Source: an uncultured Planctomycetota bacterium (GTDB lineage Bacteria > Planctomycetota > Planctomycetia > Gemmatales > Gemmataceae). From it: a DNA stretch of 64,000 nucleotides. Numbering within the stretch: the first letter of the stretch is position 1; every line of letters begins with the position of its first letter. Positions 1 through 10,577 of the stretch are shown one piece after another. Below the pieces are notes generated by a model. The model made no database searches. It saw only the letters and a program-made list of their open reading frames with translations, and had not been told where the DNA came from. The stretch is taken from positions 352,001 to 416,000 of the forward strand of contig CAWKHF010000010.1 in assembly GCA_963849325.1 (NCBI GenBank), in the 5' to 3' direction. Both the position numbers and the translations under genes were made by a program.

Positions 1-1
1 G

Positions 2-208
2 ATGCAGCTCGATCCGGAGCGCGTCGGCTATCTCGTCCTGGCCCATCGCAAGAAACTGGGACAGCTCGCCGCCGACCACATTCAGCAAGTCGGCGAGACG
101 ATCGCGGAGCGCGCCCAGCCCTTCGACACCGTGCCGCACTTCCGCTCGCTGTGGCTGGGCCGACCTGCTGAAGGGCCACTAACCAAATGCACATTGAACC
201 ACGGATAA
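2..208 (+). CDS. 3' end of a probable DUF362-domain protein (partial)
   Basis: MQLDPERVGYLVLAHRKKLGQL...IGET-like C-terminus resembles DUF362 proteins; runs off the window start. Confidence 0.5.
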   Translation: MQLDPERVGYLVLAHRKKLGQLAADHIQQVGETIAERAQPFDTVPHFRSLWLGRPAEGPLTKCTLNHG

Positions 209-226
209 CACGGATGACACGGATAA
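200..226. repeat. Left arm of a CACGGA-type REP-like element (3 x 9 bp)
   Basis: CACGGATAA CACGGATGA CACGGATAA; same unit type as the complete palindrome at 25140-25294. Confidence 0.7.
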
Positions 227-248
227 AGAAAACCAGAACATTTCTTTA

Positions 249-1179
249 GAGCCTATCCGGTTAACCCCATACGCTTGTAAATGATGAAGGCGAAAGACAT
301 ATGCAACAGGGCAATATAGTTCTCGGCCTTCTTGCACCAACGGATCAGAATGCCGCGGAATCGGTTCATCCAACTGTGCGTCCGCTCCGCCACCCAACGT
401 CTCGCCTTACGGCCCGCCTTCCGCTTCACCTGCTGCGCGGCTCCCTTCTGGGGCGGCAGATGCGTCGTGAAGTAGAATTCTTCGGCAATCGCTTGCACCT
501 CGTCATAGTCATAGCCCAAGTCCAGGCACAGACCCTGCGGCTCGTCGGGCGTCGGCTCGGGACGCTCCACGGGGATGCTGTCGAGAGTCTCTTCGACCAT
601 CTTCATGTCCGGACGGTTGGCACCGTCCACGGCCAGTCCCACCGGGATGCCCTCGGCCTCGGTCAGCAGGCTGCGTTTGCTGCCCTTCTTGGCCCGGTCG
701 GTGGGATTTTTGCCCGTCTTTTTCCCCCCCAAGGGGTGCTTGGGTCATGCACCCGTCCATCGACAGCCAGGACCAATCGATCCCTTTCCAGTCGTCGTAG
801 GCCATCAAGCCGTGTTCCCAGAGTTCCCGGAAGACGCCGGCCTGGACCCATTCTTGAAAACGATCGTGGGCGGTGGAAGCCGGGCAGAACTTGGTGGCGT
901 CCAGCGCCTTCCATTGACAGCCGGTGCGGAGCACGAAGAGGATGGCTTCCATGCAGAACACGGTCGGGCTTTCGGGGCCGACCGCCGCCGAAGCGGTGTG
1001 TGTTTGGGTGTTCGGGCAGCAGCGGAGCGATGGCCTCCCAGAGGTCATCGGAGATACGCCAATCGTCCGGAATGGGTCGTTCGTCCATGGTAGAGCCTCC
1101 GCACAACGCCAGTCATCGAGACACAAGTGCCGACGGACTATAGACATTGTACTCGTCACCAGGTTATTCGGATAGGCTC
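249..1179 (-). mobile_element. IS5-family insertion sequence (~931 bp)
   Basis: Terminal inverted repeats GAGCCTATCCGGTTAACC / GGTTATTCGGATAGGCTC (16/18 match), TA on both flanks, internal transposase. Confidence 0.92.
253..1106 (-). CDS. IS5-family DDE transposase, split over three frames
   Basis: ISDDLWEAIAPLLP..GGRPR; ILFVLRTGCQW..STAHDRFQEW..SMDG; NPTDRAKKGSKRSLL..RRWVAERTHSW; frame changes near 965 and 725. Confidence 0.9.
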
Positions 1180-1205
1180 TAAGGGATTGAAGCCGACCGA
1201 CAGGC

Positions 1206-2844
1206 TCAGCGCCGGTGTACGCGCCGCACGTAGCCCTTGCTCGCCACCTCCCACACCTTCGCGCCGCGACGGTCCAGCTCGACGACGCGGCCGTTCGTCG
1301 CCACCAGCGTGGTGCCGGTCGGCGTCCGCCACACACCGCAAGCGCCGGCCGCCTGGCCCTGCCACAAGATTTGGCCCTTGGCGTCCACTTCCAGCACCCG
1401 GCCGCTCGACGAGTTGGCAACCAGGAAGCGATCGCCGGGAAGATCCTGAATGCCCACGTACATCGGCTGCGGCGGGAAGCGCTATCGTGCGCACCTTGTT
1501 GCCGGCCGTGTCCACCTCCACGATCTCGTTGTTCCCCACGAAGAGGATGTGGCCATTGCGGTGCTTGCGGATGGCGTTGGAGCCGGCCGGCAGCTTGAAC
1601 GAATAGACCTCCCGGCCGTCGCGGGTGAACTCCATGACGCTGCCGTAGGTGGAAACGAAGGTGTTGCCGTTGGGCAAACGCTGGCAGCCGGTCGGGTCGC
1701 CGCCGATCTTTTTCTGCCACAGGACCTTGCCGGTGAAATCGCGCTCGCTGACGGAGTGGGCGTGTGACTCGGCGACGAGGACGCGATTGCCCGGCAGCAC
1801 CTGCGCCTCCATCGGGCCGGCGAGTCCAGTCAGCTCCCAGCGCCGCTTGCCGCCGCGGCCGCACTCCCAGACGCGGCCGGTGTTGAACTCGATGCCCAGC
1901 GTCAGGTCCAGCAGCGGTCGATCGTCGGCGACGCGGGCCCAATCAACCGAATCGCCGTGACGCTGCCACCAAGTCTGCCAGGCATCGCGGCACTCGCGGC
2001 GATTGCCGGTGCCGGCGTCGTCCCTCGACACCGCCGGCGCTTGCTCACCGGCCAGCAGGTACAGCGACTCTTCGGCTCGCGCGGCCACCTCCGGCGGAGC
2101 GTCTTCCAGTAGCTGGATGAGGGTTGTCACGCCGTCCTTGTCGCGCGCCAGGAGCAACGCCCGCGCCGTCCGCCAACGCACGGTCGCATCGGGATCGCGC
2201 AGCAGCGGCCGTACCAATGCCCGTCGGGTCGCATCGCGGTTACGGCCGAGGACGTGGGCCGCGGCCGCGCGAACCAGCGGGTGCGCGTCGGCCACGGCCT
2301 TCGTCAGGGCCGCGTCGAACGGGCCGCTGTCGGGTGTCAGGTTCACGAGGGCGGCGCGAATTTCTTCCTCGACGCCTTCGTCCTCCGCGAAGGGGAGATA
2401 GGCCAGCAGGGCCGCCGTCGCTCCGGCCGGCCGAAGCTGGGTCAGCACATGGATGGCGGCCGCCGGCAGGGCCGGGCCGGGGCCGCTGTCGATCTCTTCC
2501 AGGCATAGCGCCGCACGCCGGGCGATCTCCGCATCCGGGTCGCGCCGGGCGCGGCCCAGCAGGGTCCGTGCCGGAGGGCCACGCTGGATCAGCTGGCGCG
2601 AGGCGTCTTCCCGCAGCCGATACTGATCGCTGCCGAGCTGGCGAACCCACGCTTTCATCTGCTCGCGGTCGGCGTCGTTGGGCGTTCGCTGCCGGAAGAA
2701 CGTCAGCAGAGCCGCCGCGTCCGTGCCGACGCCCGCATCTTGGAGTACTTTTTCGTATTCTGTCGCGGCATTCAGCGGACTCGCGCCGATCAGGGCGAGT
2801 AGGAAAAGGAGCATCCGTACTCGGCGCCGTCGGACAACGGACAT
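1206..2844 (-). CDS. Exported HEAT-repeat plus beta-propeller (PQQ/NHL-like) protein; frameshift ~1470
   Basis: Signal peptide, HEAT-like motifs (LLRDPDATVRWRTARAL), propeller repeats (LPGNRVLVAES, RLPNGNTFVS) continuing in ORF 1206-1463. Confidence 0.75.
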
Positions 2845-2981
2845 GGCGGACTTCTCCCGGAAGGCAAGGAAGATTCAGTCTACCCACCAGGATAACTCGT
2901 TCGGCGAAGGAACGCCTAGATTATTTCGCGCCGTTGTCCGTCGGGGTGTGTGCGTGGGTTCCGGAGTTGGTGATTCGCCTC

Positions 2982-3026
2982 CGTTGCCAAGCTCTGCTTG
3001 GCAACGCACGTCGGGAAGCTCTGCTT
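2982..3026. repeat. REP-like palindrome CGTTGCCAAGCTCTGCTTGGCAACG with a partial second copy
   Basis: Palindrome 2982-3006 followed by AAGCTCTGCTT. Confidence 0.65.
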
Positions 3027-3054
3027 GCCGTCCTGTGATGGGGCGAGGTCCGCC

Positions 3055-3333
3055 CTACGGCGGCGGTCCTTTCTCGTGCTGCTGGACGAGGTGCTGCAGC
3101 ATCCGAAGCAGCGCGCGAGTGGTGCTCCAGTTGAGCACCAGGCGATGAGTCAGCAGGATCGGCTCGGGACCGTCTGCTCCCTGGTAGTGGGCGTGGACGC
3201 CGAAGTCGAGCATCACTTCCTCCTCGCCGGCCCGCCCGCGGAAGAAGTTGCTGTACGTCACCGTCAGCGAACGTGTATCGAGGGGCGGCGACGAGGAAGT
3301 AGGGACGGCCGGAGGCGGTGTTTGTTCGCTCAT
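3055..3333 (-). CDS. DUF3467-like small protein
   Basis: TYSNFFRGRAGEEEVMLDFG...THRLVL pattern. Confidence 0.7.
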   Translation of the reverse strand: MSEQTPPPAVPTSSSPPLDTRSLTVTYSNFFRGRAGEEEVMLDFGVHAHYQGADGPEPILLTHRLVLNWSTTRALLRMLQHLVQQHEKGPPP

Positions 3334-3541
3334 GAGGAAGACTCCGAGCTAATGAAGATAGACCTTCGCCTGAGACCTCATCGTAACACTGTCACGCCGC
3401 GGCGAAAAGGAGGAAGCGGCGTTCCGCTCATTATCTCGTCCTTCGAGGCGAAAAGACGGAGATACGAAAAATCGTTGACCGGGGCGGGCCTCGGAGGTAC
3501 AACCCTATTATGCCCTCAGCTTGTGGTGGAGGAGGTTCCCC

Positions 3542-4360
3542 ATGATGGCCTTCACTCGTTCGCGCGTTGGTTTGATGGCGTTGCTGCTCGTCCTGAGCGG
3601 GCTGATGCTGATCGTGGTGCCACGTCCGCAAGCCGCGCCGCTTCCCGACAAGGCACGCCGGGCGACGTCCGTCCCTCGTGTCTACGCCCTCTTGCACGTC
3701 GGCAAGGCATGGGAAGGGTTCGCGTCCGACTTGTATCTTGAAGACGCCTACCGCGAAACTCGACGAATGTATTTCAAGAGCAACGCCCTCTGTCTCGAAG
3801 ATTGGCGCAAGGCCGGGATTCAGCTTGGTCCAGAGTGGTATCGCGGTAACTGCGTCCTTGACCAGGCTCTTGACGATCCCGAGATTGTCAACCTGCAACT
3901 GGAGAAGAAACACCCGGACGCGAAGGATTGGGTGGACAGGAACCTCCGTTCCGATTACCTGGGAAATACCCCTGTCCTGCGCATCTGGCTGGCGGATGGC
4001 TCTCCCGAGGAACAGGTTGTCATCCTAAACGCCCTCCTCCGCACCTATCTCCGTGACGATGTCGATCAGGATCGCAATTGGATGACGAGCCTTATGGACG
4101 GTTGGAAAAAAAAACGCGACCTTCATCTCTCTTTGATGTCGAAGGAAGAAGCCGAGTTACTCGAGCTGAGCAAAGTCGTGCCGCGCGATGAGGACGAGCA
4201 GCGAACTCTCGAGTTCCGGCGGGCCCAGTTGAGAAACGGTTTCCCTATCAGGAAGGAAACGGTGCGGGAACTCCAACTCCGTATTGACAAACAGCAGGAC
4301 CGCATCCGCTCCCTGCCCCATGTGCTCAAATGGTCGGAAAAGCCAGAGGCAGCGGAATAG
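3542..4360 (+). CDS. Exported/membrane-anchored hypothetical protein with coiled coil (Wzz/Wzc periplasmic-like fragment)
   Basis: GGAGG RBS, hydrophobic N-terminus then AAPLP, DWVDRNLRSDY..VLRI..ILNALLRTYL segment. Confidence 0.6.
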   Translation: MMAFTRSRVGLMALLLVLSGLMLIVVPRPQAAPLPDKARRATSVPRVYALLHVGKAWEGFASDLYLEDAYRETRRMYFKSNALCLEDWRKAGIQLGPEWYRGNCVLDQALDDPEIVNLQLEKKHPDAKDWVDRNLRSDYLGNTPVLRIWLADGSPEEQVVILNALLRTYLRDDVDQDRNWMTSLMDGWKKKRDLHLSLMSKEEAELLELSKVVPRDEDEQRTLEFRRAQLRNGFPIRKETVRELQLRIDKQQDRIRSLPHVLKWSEKPEAAE

Positions 4361-4401
4361 GCCGTTGCCTCTGTTGATCGCCCGGTCCCGGCGGAACGGC
4401 T

Positions 4402-7400
4402 CTAGGAGTCCAGCTGCACCTTGCCCTTGTTCCATTGCTTCGGGTCGATTATCGTGCCATTGAGGTTCGTTGTGGTGAAGTTCCCCTTGATGCTCTGGGG
4501 TGACAAGACTCCCCAGAACAGTCCCTTACTCAGACCGTTCTGGACCGTCACCTTGAGCGTGCTCCCCTTCAGGAGCTGCAGCTGGCCTGTGACGCCCAGT
4601 ATGTCGCAATGGAACTTCGTCTGACCATCGATCTTGGGGTCATACTCTCCCCCCAAGGAAAGATTTCCATTGATGACCAACACACCGTACCCTCCGGCCC
4701 CAAGCCCCTGACCTAGCACGATGTTCCCGCCACTAATCGTAGCGTTCGGCACCGTCAGTTCATCCTTGTTTTCGTCCAGAGTCGCCAGCGTTCCGCTGCT
4801 CTGAATATAGTTGTGCTTCAGGATAAGACCGACCCAGCCGTACAGGTTCAGAGAGCCGCCGACCATGTCGAAGTCCGAATTGGCAGTCGCCGCATCCGTA
4901 CCGTCGATGACGAGGTCGCCGCCCGGATTTGCCGCGTTGCCGCCGCCATTGACATTGAAGACACCACGGTTGAAGACAGCGATTTGGATCGTGGTCTTCG
5001 TGTTCGGTTTCCCAACGTAGTCCACCCGTCCGTCATTGGTCAGGATCGAACCGACTCCGCCGGATGTGATGAGCGTCGCATTGCCGCTGCCATCCAATCT
5101 TAGATAACTGTGCGGACCAACGTACAATCGAGCGGGACCAGCGAGTTTGAGTGGATTGCCGGTGGCTATAGCTAGGGTGGTATTTTGACCGTTAACCATG
5201 ATATTAGCCGCACTTTGCATATTGTAATTACCGCCGATGTTCACCCATGCTATGTCCTGGATGTCGAAGTCTCCTTGCTGGCCAGAGAAGTTGAAGTTGG
5301 TGAGCGTACTGGTGCCGCTCTGCACGTTCAAGTCGGAGAAAATAGACTTGAAGTTCACATTCAGGCTGGACTTGGTGTCTTCGCTGATGCTCCCGGAGTC
5401 AGTCACGTTCACGCCAGCGTCGAGTGCCATCTGCGCGGTGTAGCCGTGTCGTAGGATGATCAACGAAGGAGAGATATTCTTGTTCCACTCGATGTCCGCG
5501 TTGGCCACGTTACCGTCAAATACGGCGGGAGAGCCGTTCGGCACTTCGTCGGCCGTCCAATTATCGGGATTGCTGGCCAAGTTGTTCTCGCCGGCCGGTC
5601 TCCAGATATTCTCCGTGGGCGTCGGTGTAGGCGTGGGTGTAGGCGTCGGCGTGAGGGTCAGCGTGACCGTGGCTGGCTGGGAATTCTCCGCACCATCGCT
5701 GTCCTGATACTGGAAGCTGTCCGTGCCCGTATAGCCGGTGTTGGGCGTGTAGGTGAACGAACCGTCGGGGTTCAGTTGCAGCGTACCATTGCTGGGAGCG
5801 CTGACCAGGCTGGTCGTCAGTTGGTCGCCGTCGGCGTCCGTGTCGTTGGCCAGGACGCCCGAGGAAGCATCCACACTCAACGGCGTGTCCTCGGTAACGT
5901 CGTAGCTATCGGCGTTGGCCACCGGCGCATTATCCGCCACGCTGATCGTGACCGTGGCCGTGTTCGACGTGTACGCGCCGTCGCTGGCCTGATACTGGAA
6001 ACTATCGCTGCCGACGTAGCCCTGGTTCGGTAGATAGGTGAACGAGCCGTCGGAACTGAGGCTCAGCGTACCGTGGCTGGTTCCACTGCCAACCAAGCTG
6101 ACCGTCAGTTGATCGCCGTCGGCGTCCGTGTCGTTAGCCAGGACGCCCGAGAAGGCATTCACGCTCAACGACGTGTTGCCCTTGGGAACTTCGTAGCTGT
6201 CGTCGTTGGCCACCGGCGCATTATCCGTCACGCTGATCGTGACCGTGGCCGTGTTCGACGTGTTCGTGCCGTCGCTGGCCTGGTACTGGAAACTATCGCT
6301 GCCGACATAACCTTTGTTCGGGATGTAGGTGAACGAACCATCGGAGCTGAGGTTGAGCGTGCCGTGGCTGGTTCCACTGCCGACCAAACTGGCCGTCAGC
6401 GAATCGCCATCGCTGTCGCTGGCATAGCTGAGCACGCCCTGCGATGCATCCATGCTGAGCAGTTGATCGTGGAGCGTGCTGTAGCTGGCGTCGCCGGCAG
6501 TCGGGCCGGAACCGCTGTCCTCATGCACGTTGAGCCATACCGTGGCCGTGTTGGAGTCTTCGGCGCCATCGTTGGCCTTGTAGGTGAAGCTGTCCGTGCC
6601 GGTGAAGCCGCTCGTGGGCGTGTAGGTGAAGGAGCCATCGCTATTCAGTTGCAGTGAACCATTGCTGGGACCGCTTACCACACTAGCCGTCAAACTGTCG
6701 TCGTCGGCATCGCTGGCGCTGGCAAGCACCCCCTGGGACGCCGTGACGTTGACGGTACTGTTGGCGGGGAGGCTATAGGATAGGTCCGACACGACCGGCA
6801 CCTGGTCGGTGACCTCAAGGGACACCGTGGCCGGGGGGCTACTGTTATAGACGCCGTCGTTGGCCACATAGGTAAAACTGTCGCTGCCGACGTAGCCGGC
6901 GTTGGGCACATAGGTGAATGAACCGTCCCCGTTCAGTGCCAGCGTGCCATTGCTGGGACCGCTGACCACACTGGCCGTCAACGGGTCGCCGTCGGGGTCG
7001 GTGTCGTTGGCCAGCACGCCGGCGGAGGCGTCCGGGTTCAGCACCCGGTCATGCACGACCGCGTAGCTGTCATCATTCGCCAGCGGCGGGTTGTCCGTCA
7101 CACTGATGGAGACGGTGGCCGTGTTCGAGTTTTCCGCGTCGTCGTTGGCCTGGTACTGGAAACTATCGCCGCCGACGTAGCCCTTGTTCGGCGTGTAGGT
7201 GAAGGAGCCGTCGCTGTTGAAGCTGAGCGTGCCGTGGCTGGGACCACCGACGAGGTTGGCCGTCAGCGTATCACCATCGGCATCCGTATCGTTGCCCAGC
7301 ACGCCGCCGCTGAGGGTACGGTCATGCACCACCGAGAAGTCGTCATCGTTGGCCACCGGAGCGTTGTCCATCACATCGATGTAGGCCGTGGCCGGGTCCG

Positions 7401-8664
7401 AGTTTTCCGCGCCGTCGTTGGCCTGGTACTGGAAACTATCGATGCCGACGAAGCCCTTGGTGGGCGTGTAGGTGAAGGTGCCATCGGAATTGAAGCTCAG
7501 CGTACCGTGGCTGGGACCGCCGGCCGTGCTGTACGTCAGCGGATCGCCGTCCTCGTCGTAGCCCCACACTTCGCCCGTGAGCGTGCGATCATGCAAGACC
7601 TCGAAGCCGGCGTTGGAGACCACCGGGGCCTGATCGGTCACGCTGATGCCAACCGTGGCCGGATCGCTGGTGGAGACGCCGTCGCTGGCGGTGAACTGAA
7701 AACTGTCGCTGCCGACGAAGCCCTTGCTGGGCGTGTAGGTGAAGGTGCCGTCGCCGTTTAGGCTCAGCGTACCGTGGCTGGGACCACTGCTCGCGCTGTA
7801 CGTCAAGGGGTCGTCGTCGCCGTCGTAGGCCCACACATAGCCGCTGAGCGTTTGATCGTGAAGTACGCTATAGCCATTGCCGTAGGCCACCGGCACCTGG
7901 TTGGTAACGTCGATGGACACGGTGGCGGTGTTGCTGGTGTAGGTGCCGTCGCTGGCGGTGAATTGGAAACTGTCGCTGCCGACATAGCCCTTATCGGGCG
8001 TGTACGTGAAGGAGCCACCGCTGTTGAAGCTGAGCGTTCCGTGGCTGGGACCGCTGCCGCTGACCGTGCTGAGCGTCACGGTATCGCCATCGTCGTCGTA
8101 GCCCCACACGTCGCCGTCCAGGGTGCGGTCGTGTATAACGCTGAAGCTGCCGTCATCGGCCACCGGAGGGGTATTCGAACCGCTGCCCGAACCCGTGCCG
8201 CTGCCGCTGTCGTCCGCCGTCATCATTCCCGAAGGCGGTAGTCCGAGCCGATGGTGGACCTCTCCCGACGGCGAGCCATAACCGCTGCCCCAACCGTGGC
8301 CGGCCACCGTGGGCGACGCCGAAATCGCCGTCGGAGTCGTGGTCGAAGTCGAGTGCGTACCGCTGCCCCAGCCGTGGCCGACACGGATGAGCGTAGCGAG
8401 ACTCGGATGCCCTAGCGAATCGTGTCCTGGGTCCATCGTATGCGCCGAGTGAAGGGCCATGTCCGCAACAACCGGCGGTGGCTCCGGCAGGGGTGTCACC
8501 GGCGAAGCCGATGGCAAGCTGCGATCTTCCAGCCATTCCAATCCCGGTTTCATGCTCGGACGAGGGCGGCGAATCTTCGGACGCGAAGTCCTCTCTTCGG
8601 CTCGTTCCGCCATCAGGCGACGACGCGCTTCCCACTTTTTCCGCAGAAAGTTGAAGAGAGACAT
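4402..8664 (-). CDS. Large surface protein: planctomycete export motif, 9 Ig/cadherin-like (tandem-95/Big_9) repeats, PT linker, beta-rich C-terminal domain
   Basis: Intact 1420-aa ORF; LEWLEDRSLPS; repeated PVANDD..GPSHGTL..DGSFTYTP..GSDSFQY; (TP)n linker. Confidence 0.88.
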   Translation of the reverse strand: MSLFNFLRKKWEARRRLMAERAEERTSRPKIRRPRPSMKPGLEWLEDRSLPSASPVTPLPEPPPVVADMALHSAHTMDPGHDSLGHPSLATLIRVGHGWGSGTHSTSTTTPTAISASPTVAGHGWGSGYGSPSGEVHHRLGLPPSGMMTADDSGSGTGSGSGSNTPPVADDGSFSVIHDRTLDGDVWGYDDDGDTVTLSTVSGSGPSHGTLSFNSGGSFTYTPDKGYVGSDSFQFTASDGTYTSNTATVSIDVTNQVPVAYGNGYSVLHDQTLSGYVWAYDGDDDPLTYSASSGPSHGTLSLNGDGTFTYTPSKGFVGSDSFQFTASDGVSTSDPATVGISVTDQAPVVSNAGFEVLHDRTLTGEVWGYDEDGDPLTYSTAGGPSHGTLSFNSDGTFTYTPTKGFVGIDSFQYQANDGAENSDPATAYIDVMDNAPVANDDDFSVVHDRTLSGGVLGNDTDADGDTLTANLVGGPSHGTLSFNSDGSFTYTPNKGYVGGDSFQYQANDDAENSNTATVSISVTDNPPLANDDSYAVVHDRVLNPDASAGVLANDTDPDGDPLTASVVSGPSNGTLALNGDGSFTYVPNAGYVGSDSFTYVANDGVYNSSPPATVSLEVTDQVPVVSDLSYSLPANSTVNVTASQGVLASASDADDDSLTASVVSGPSNGSLQLNSDGSFTYTPTSGFTGTDSFTYKANDGAEDSNTATVWLNVHEDSGSGPTAGDASYSTLHDQLLSMDASQGVLSYASDSDGDSLTASLVGSGTSHGTLNLSSDGSFTYIPNKGYVGSDSFQYQASDGTNTSNTATVTISVTDNAPVANDDSYEVPKGNTSLSVNAFSGVLANDTDADGDQLTVSLVGSGTSHGTLSLSSDGSFTYLPNQGYVGSDSFQYQASDGAYTSNTATVTISVADNAPVANADSYDVTEDTPLSVDASSGVLANDTDADGDQLTTSLVSAPSNGTLQLNPDGSFTYTPNTGYTGTDSFQYQDSDGAENSQPATVTLTLTPTPTPTPTPTPTENIWRPAGENNLASNPDNWTADEVPNGSPAVFDGNVANADIEWNKNISPSLIILRHGYTAQMALDAGVNVTDSGSISEDTKSSLNVNFKSIFSDLNVQSGTSTLTNFNFSGQQGDFDIQDIAWVNIGGNYNMQSAANIMVNGQNTTLAIATGNPLKLAGPARLYVGPHSYLRLDGSGNATLITSGGVGSILTNDGRVDYVGKPNTKTTIQIAVFNRGVFNVNGGGNAANPGGDLVIDGTDAATANSDFDMVGGSLNLYGWVGLILKHNYIQSSGTLATLDENKDELTVPNATISGGNIVLGQGLGAGGYGVLVINGNLSLGGEYDPKIDGQTKFHCDILGVTGQLQLLKGSTLKVTVQNGLSKGLFWGVLSPQSIKGNFTTTNLNGTIIDPKQWNKGKVQLDS

Positions 8665-8941
8665 GGGGCCGACCTCCCTGACGAAGACGAGAACAAGTAT
8701 GACTTTTCCGTGAAGAGATTTTCAGGAGAGTAATCGCCGGGAGAACCACCGTCAAGCATCAAATAGAAATAATTCGGTCAGTCCTTTTCTTTCCCGTCTC
8801 GGGTGCCGCTGCGGCCTTGGTGGCGAGCGGGCCATTTCATAGCCTTACTTCACACTGTCGCCACGTCGCCGAAACAGGGAAGGCGGCCATCCGCGGCGCC
8901 CTCGGCTGGTCCCGCTGTCATCCTCGGAGGGAAGCAAAGGC

Positions 8942-10577
8942 ATGCTCCACGACGGCAACAACGTCCATCCCCTCGAACCGGACGTGAGCAAGTCGCTCCT
9001 GCCCCAGCCGTGCCAACTGGTCATCTTCGGCGCCAGCGGCGATCTGTCCTGGCGCAAGCTGCTGCCAGCCGTGTACAACCTCAACATCGACGGCGTGCTG
9101 CCGTCGCATTTCGCCGTGGTCGGCTTCGGTCTGCCCGCCGAGGGCGACGTCAGCGGCGATGCCGACGAGTACATTCGCCACCGCGCCAAGGACGGCATCG
9201 CTCGCTTCTCGCGCCAGCCGCTCGACGACAATCACTGGGCCGACTTCGCTCGTGCCCTTTTTCTCGTGCCCGGCAGCTTCAACGATGCTCGCGCCTACGC
9301 CCAGCTCAAGGCCAAGATCGAGGCGGTCGATCAGCAGTTCGGCATTCCCGGCAGCCGCGTTTACTACCTCGCCGTGCCGCCGGCGCTGGTCGGCACCTGC
9401 GTCGATCACCTCAAAGCGGTCGGACTCGTCAACGATCCGCACGAGCCGCGCGCCTTCACGCGCGTCATCGTCGAGAAGCCGATCGGCCGCGACTTGAACA
9501 GCGCCCGCGACATCATCGCGCACCGTCGCCGCCGCCTTCGCCGAGAGCCAGACCTACCGCATCGACCATTATCTCGGCAAGGAGACGGTGCAAAACCTGT
9601 TGGTGCTGCGCTTCGCCAACAGCATCTTCGAGCCGCTGTGGAACCAGAAATACATCGACCACGTGCAGATCACCGTCGCCGAGGAAGAGGGGTTGGCCCA
9701 GTATGACGCCAAGAGCGGCGAGATGATCGCCACGCGGGCCGGCTACTACGAGGGTGTCGGCGCCCTGCGCGACATGGTGCAAAACCACATGCTCCAGGTG
9801 CTGTGCCTGGTGGCGATGGAGCCGCCGTGGTCGCTCAAGCCCGACGTGGTGCGCGACGCCAAGGTCGGCGTGCTCAACTGTCTACGCTTGATGACGCCGG
9901 CCGAGGTCGAGAAAAACGTCGTCCGCGCCCAGTACATCGAGGGGGACATCAACGGCCGCCGCGTTCCCGGCTATCGCAAGGAGGTGCGCGAGTCGTTCGA
10001 GGTCATGAAGAAACCGCTGCCGTCCGAGTCGGTCTACTCGACGACCGAGACGTTCGTGGCCCTGAAGCTGTTCATCGACAACTGGCGCTGGGCCGGCGTG
10101 CCGTTTTACCTGCGCACCGGCAAGCGTCTGCCCAAGCGCGCCAGCGAAGTCGCCATCCAGTTCAAGGACGTGCCGCAGGTGCTCTTCAACGATCATCCCG
10201 ACGTGCCGTTGGAACCGACCGTCCTGTCGCTGCGCGTGCAGCCGGAGGAAGGCTTGGCCATGCGCATCGCCTCCAAGCTGCCGGGTCCGAAGGTGCGCAT
10301 CTATCCGGTGAAGATGGAGTTTAATTATAGCTCTTCGTTCGGCGGCACGTCGCCGGAGGCTTACGAGCGGCTGATCCTCGACGTGATGGCCGGCGATGCC
10401 ACGCTGTTCATGCGCCGCGACGGCGTCGAGGCGGCGTGGCAGTTCGTCATGCCGATCCTCGACCACTGGCAGGAGCGGCACGTGCGCGACCTGCCGGAGT
10501 ACCAGTGCGGCACCTGGGGTCCGGTGGAAGCGGATCGCATCATCGTGCCGGACGGCCGACAGTGGAGGACGCTATGA
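8942..10577 (+). CDS. zwf: Glucose-6-phosphate 1-dehydrogenase; frameshift ~9520
   Basis: IFGASGDL, EKPIGRDL, YRIDHYLGKE, RDMVQNH, RWAGVPFYLRTGKR motifs. Confidence 0.96.

Noticed and set aside
5612-5660. Short tandem DNA repeat as a contingency locus
   Set aside because: Encodes a Thr-Pro linker with varied codons
5900-6320. Near-identical repeats as DGR template/variable repeats
   Set aside because: In-frame Ig domain duplications, differences not adenine-specific, no reverse transcriptase
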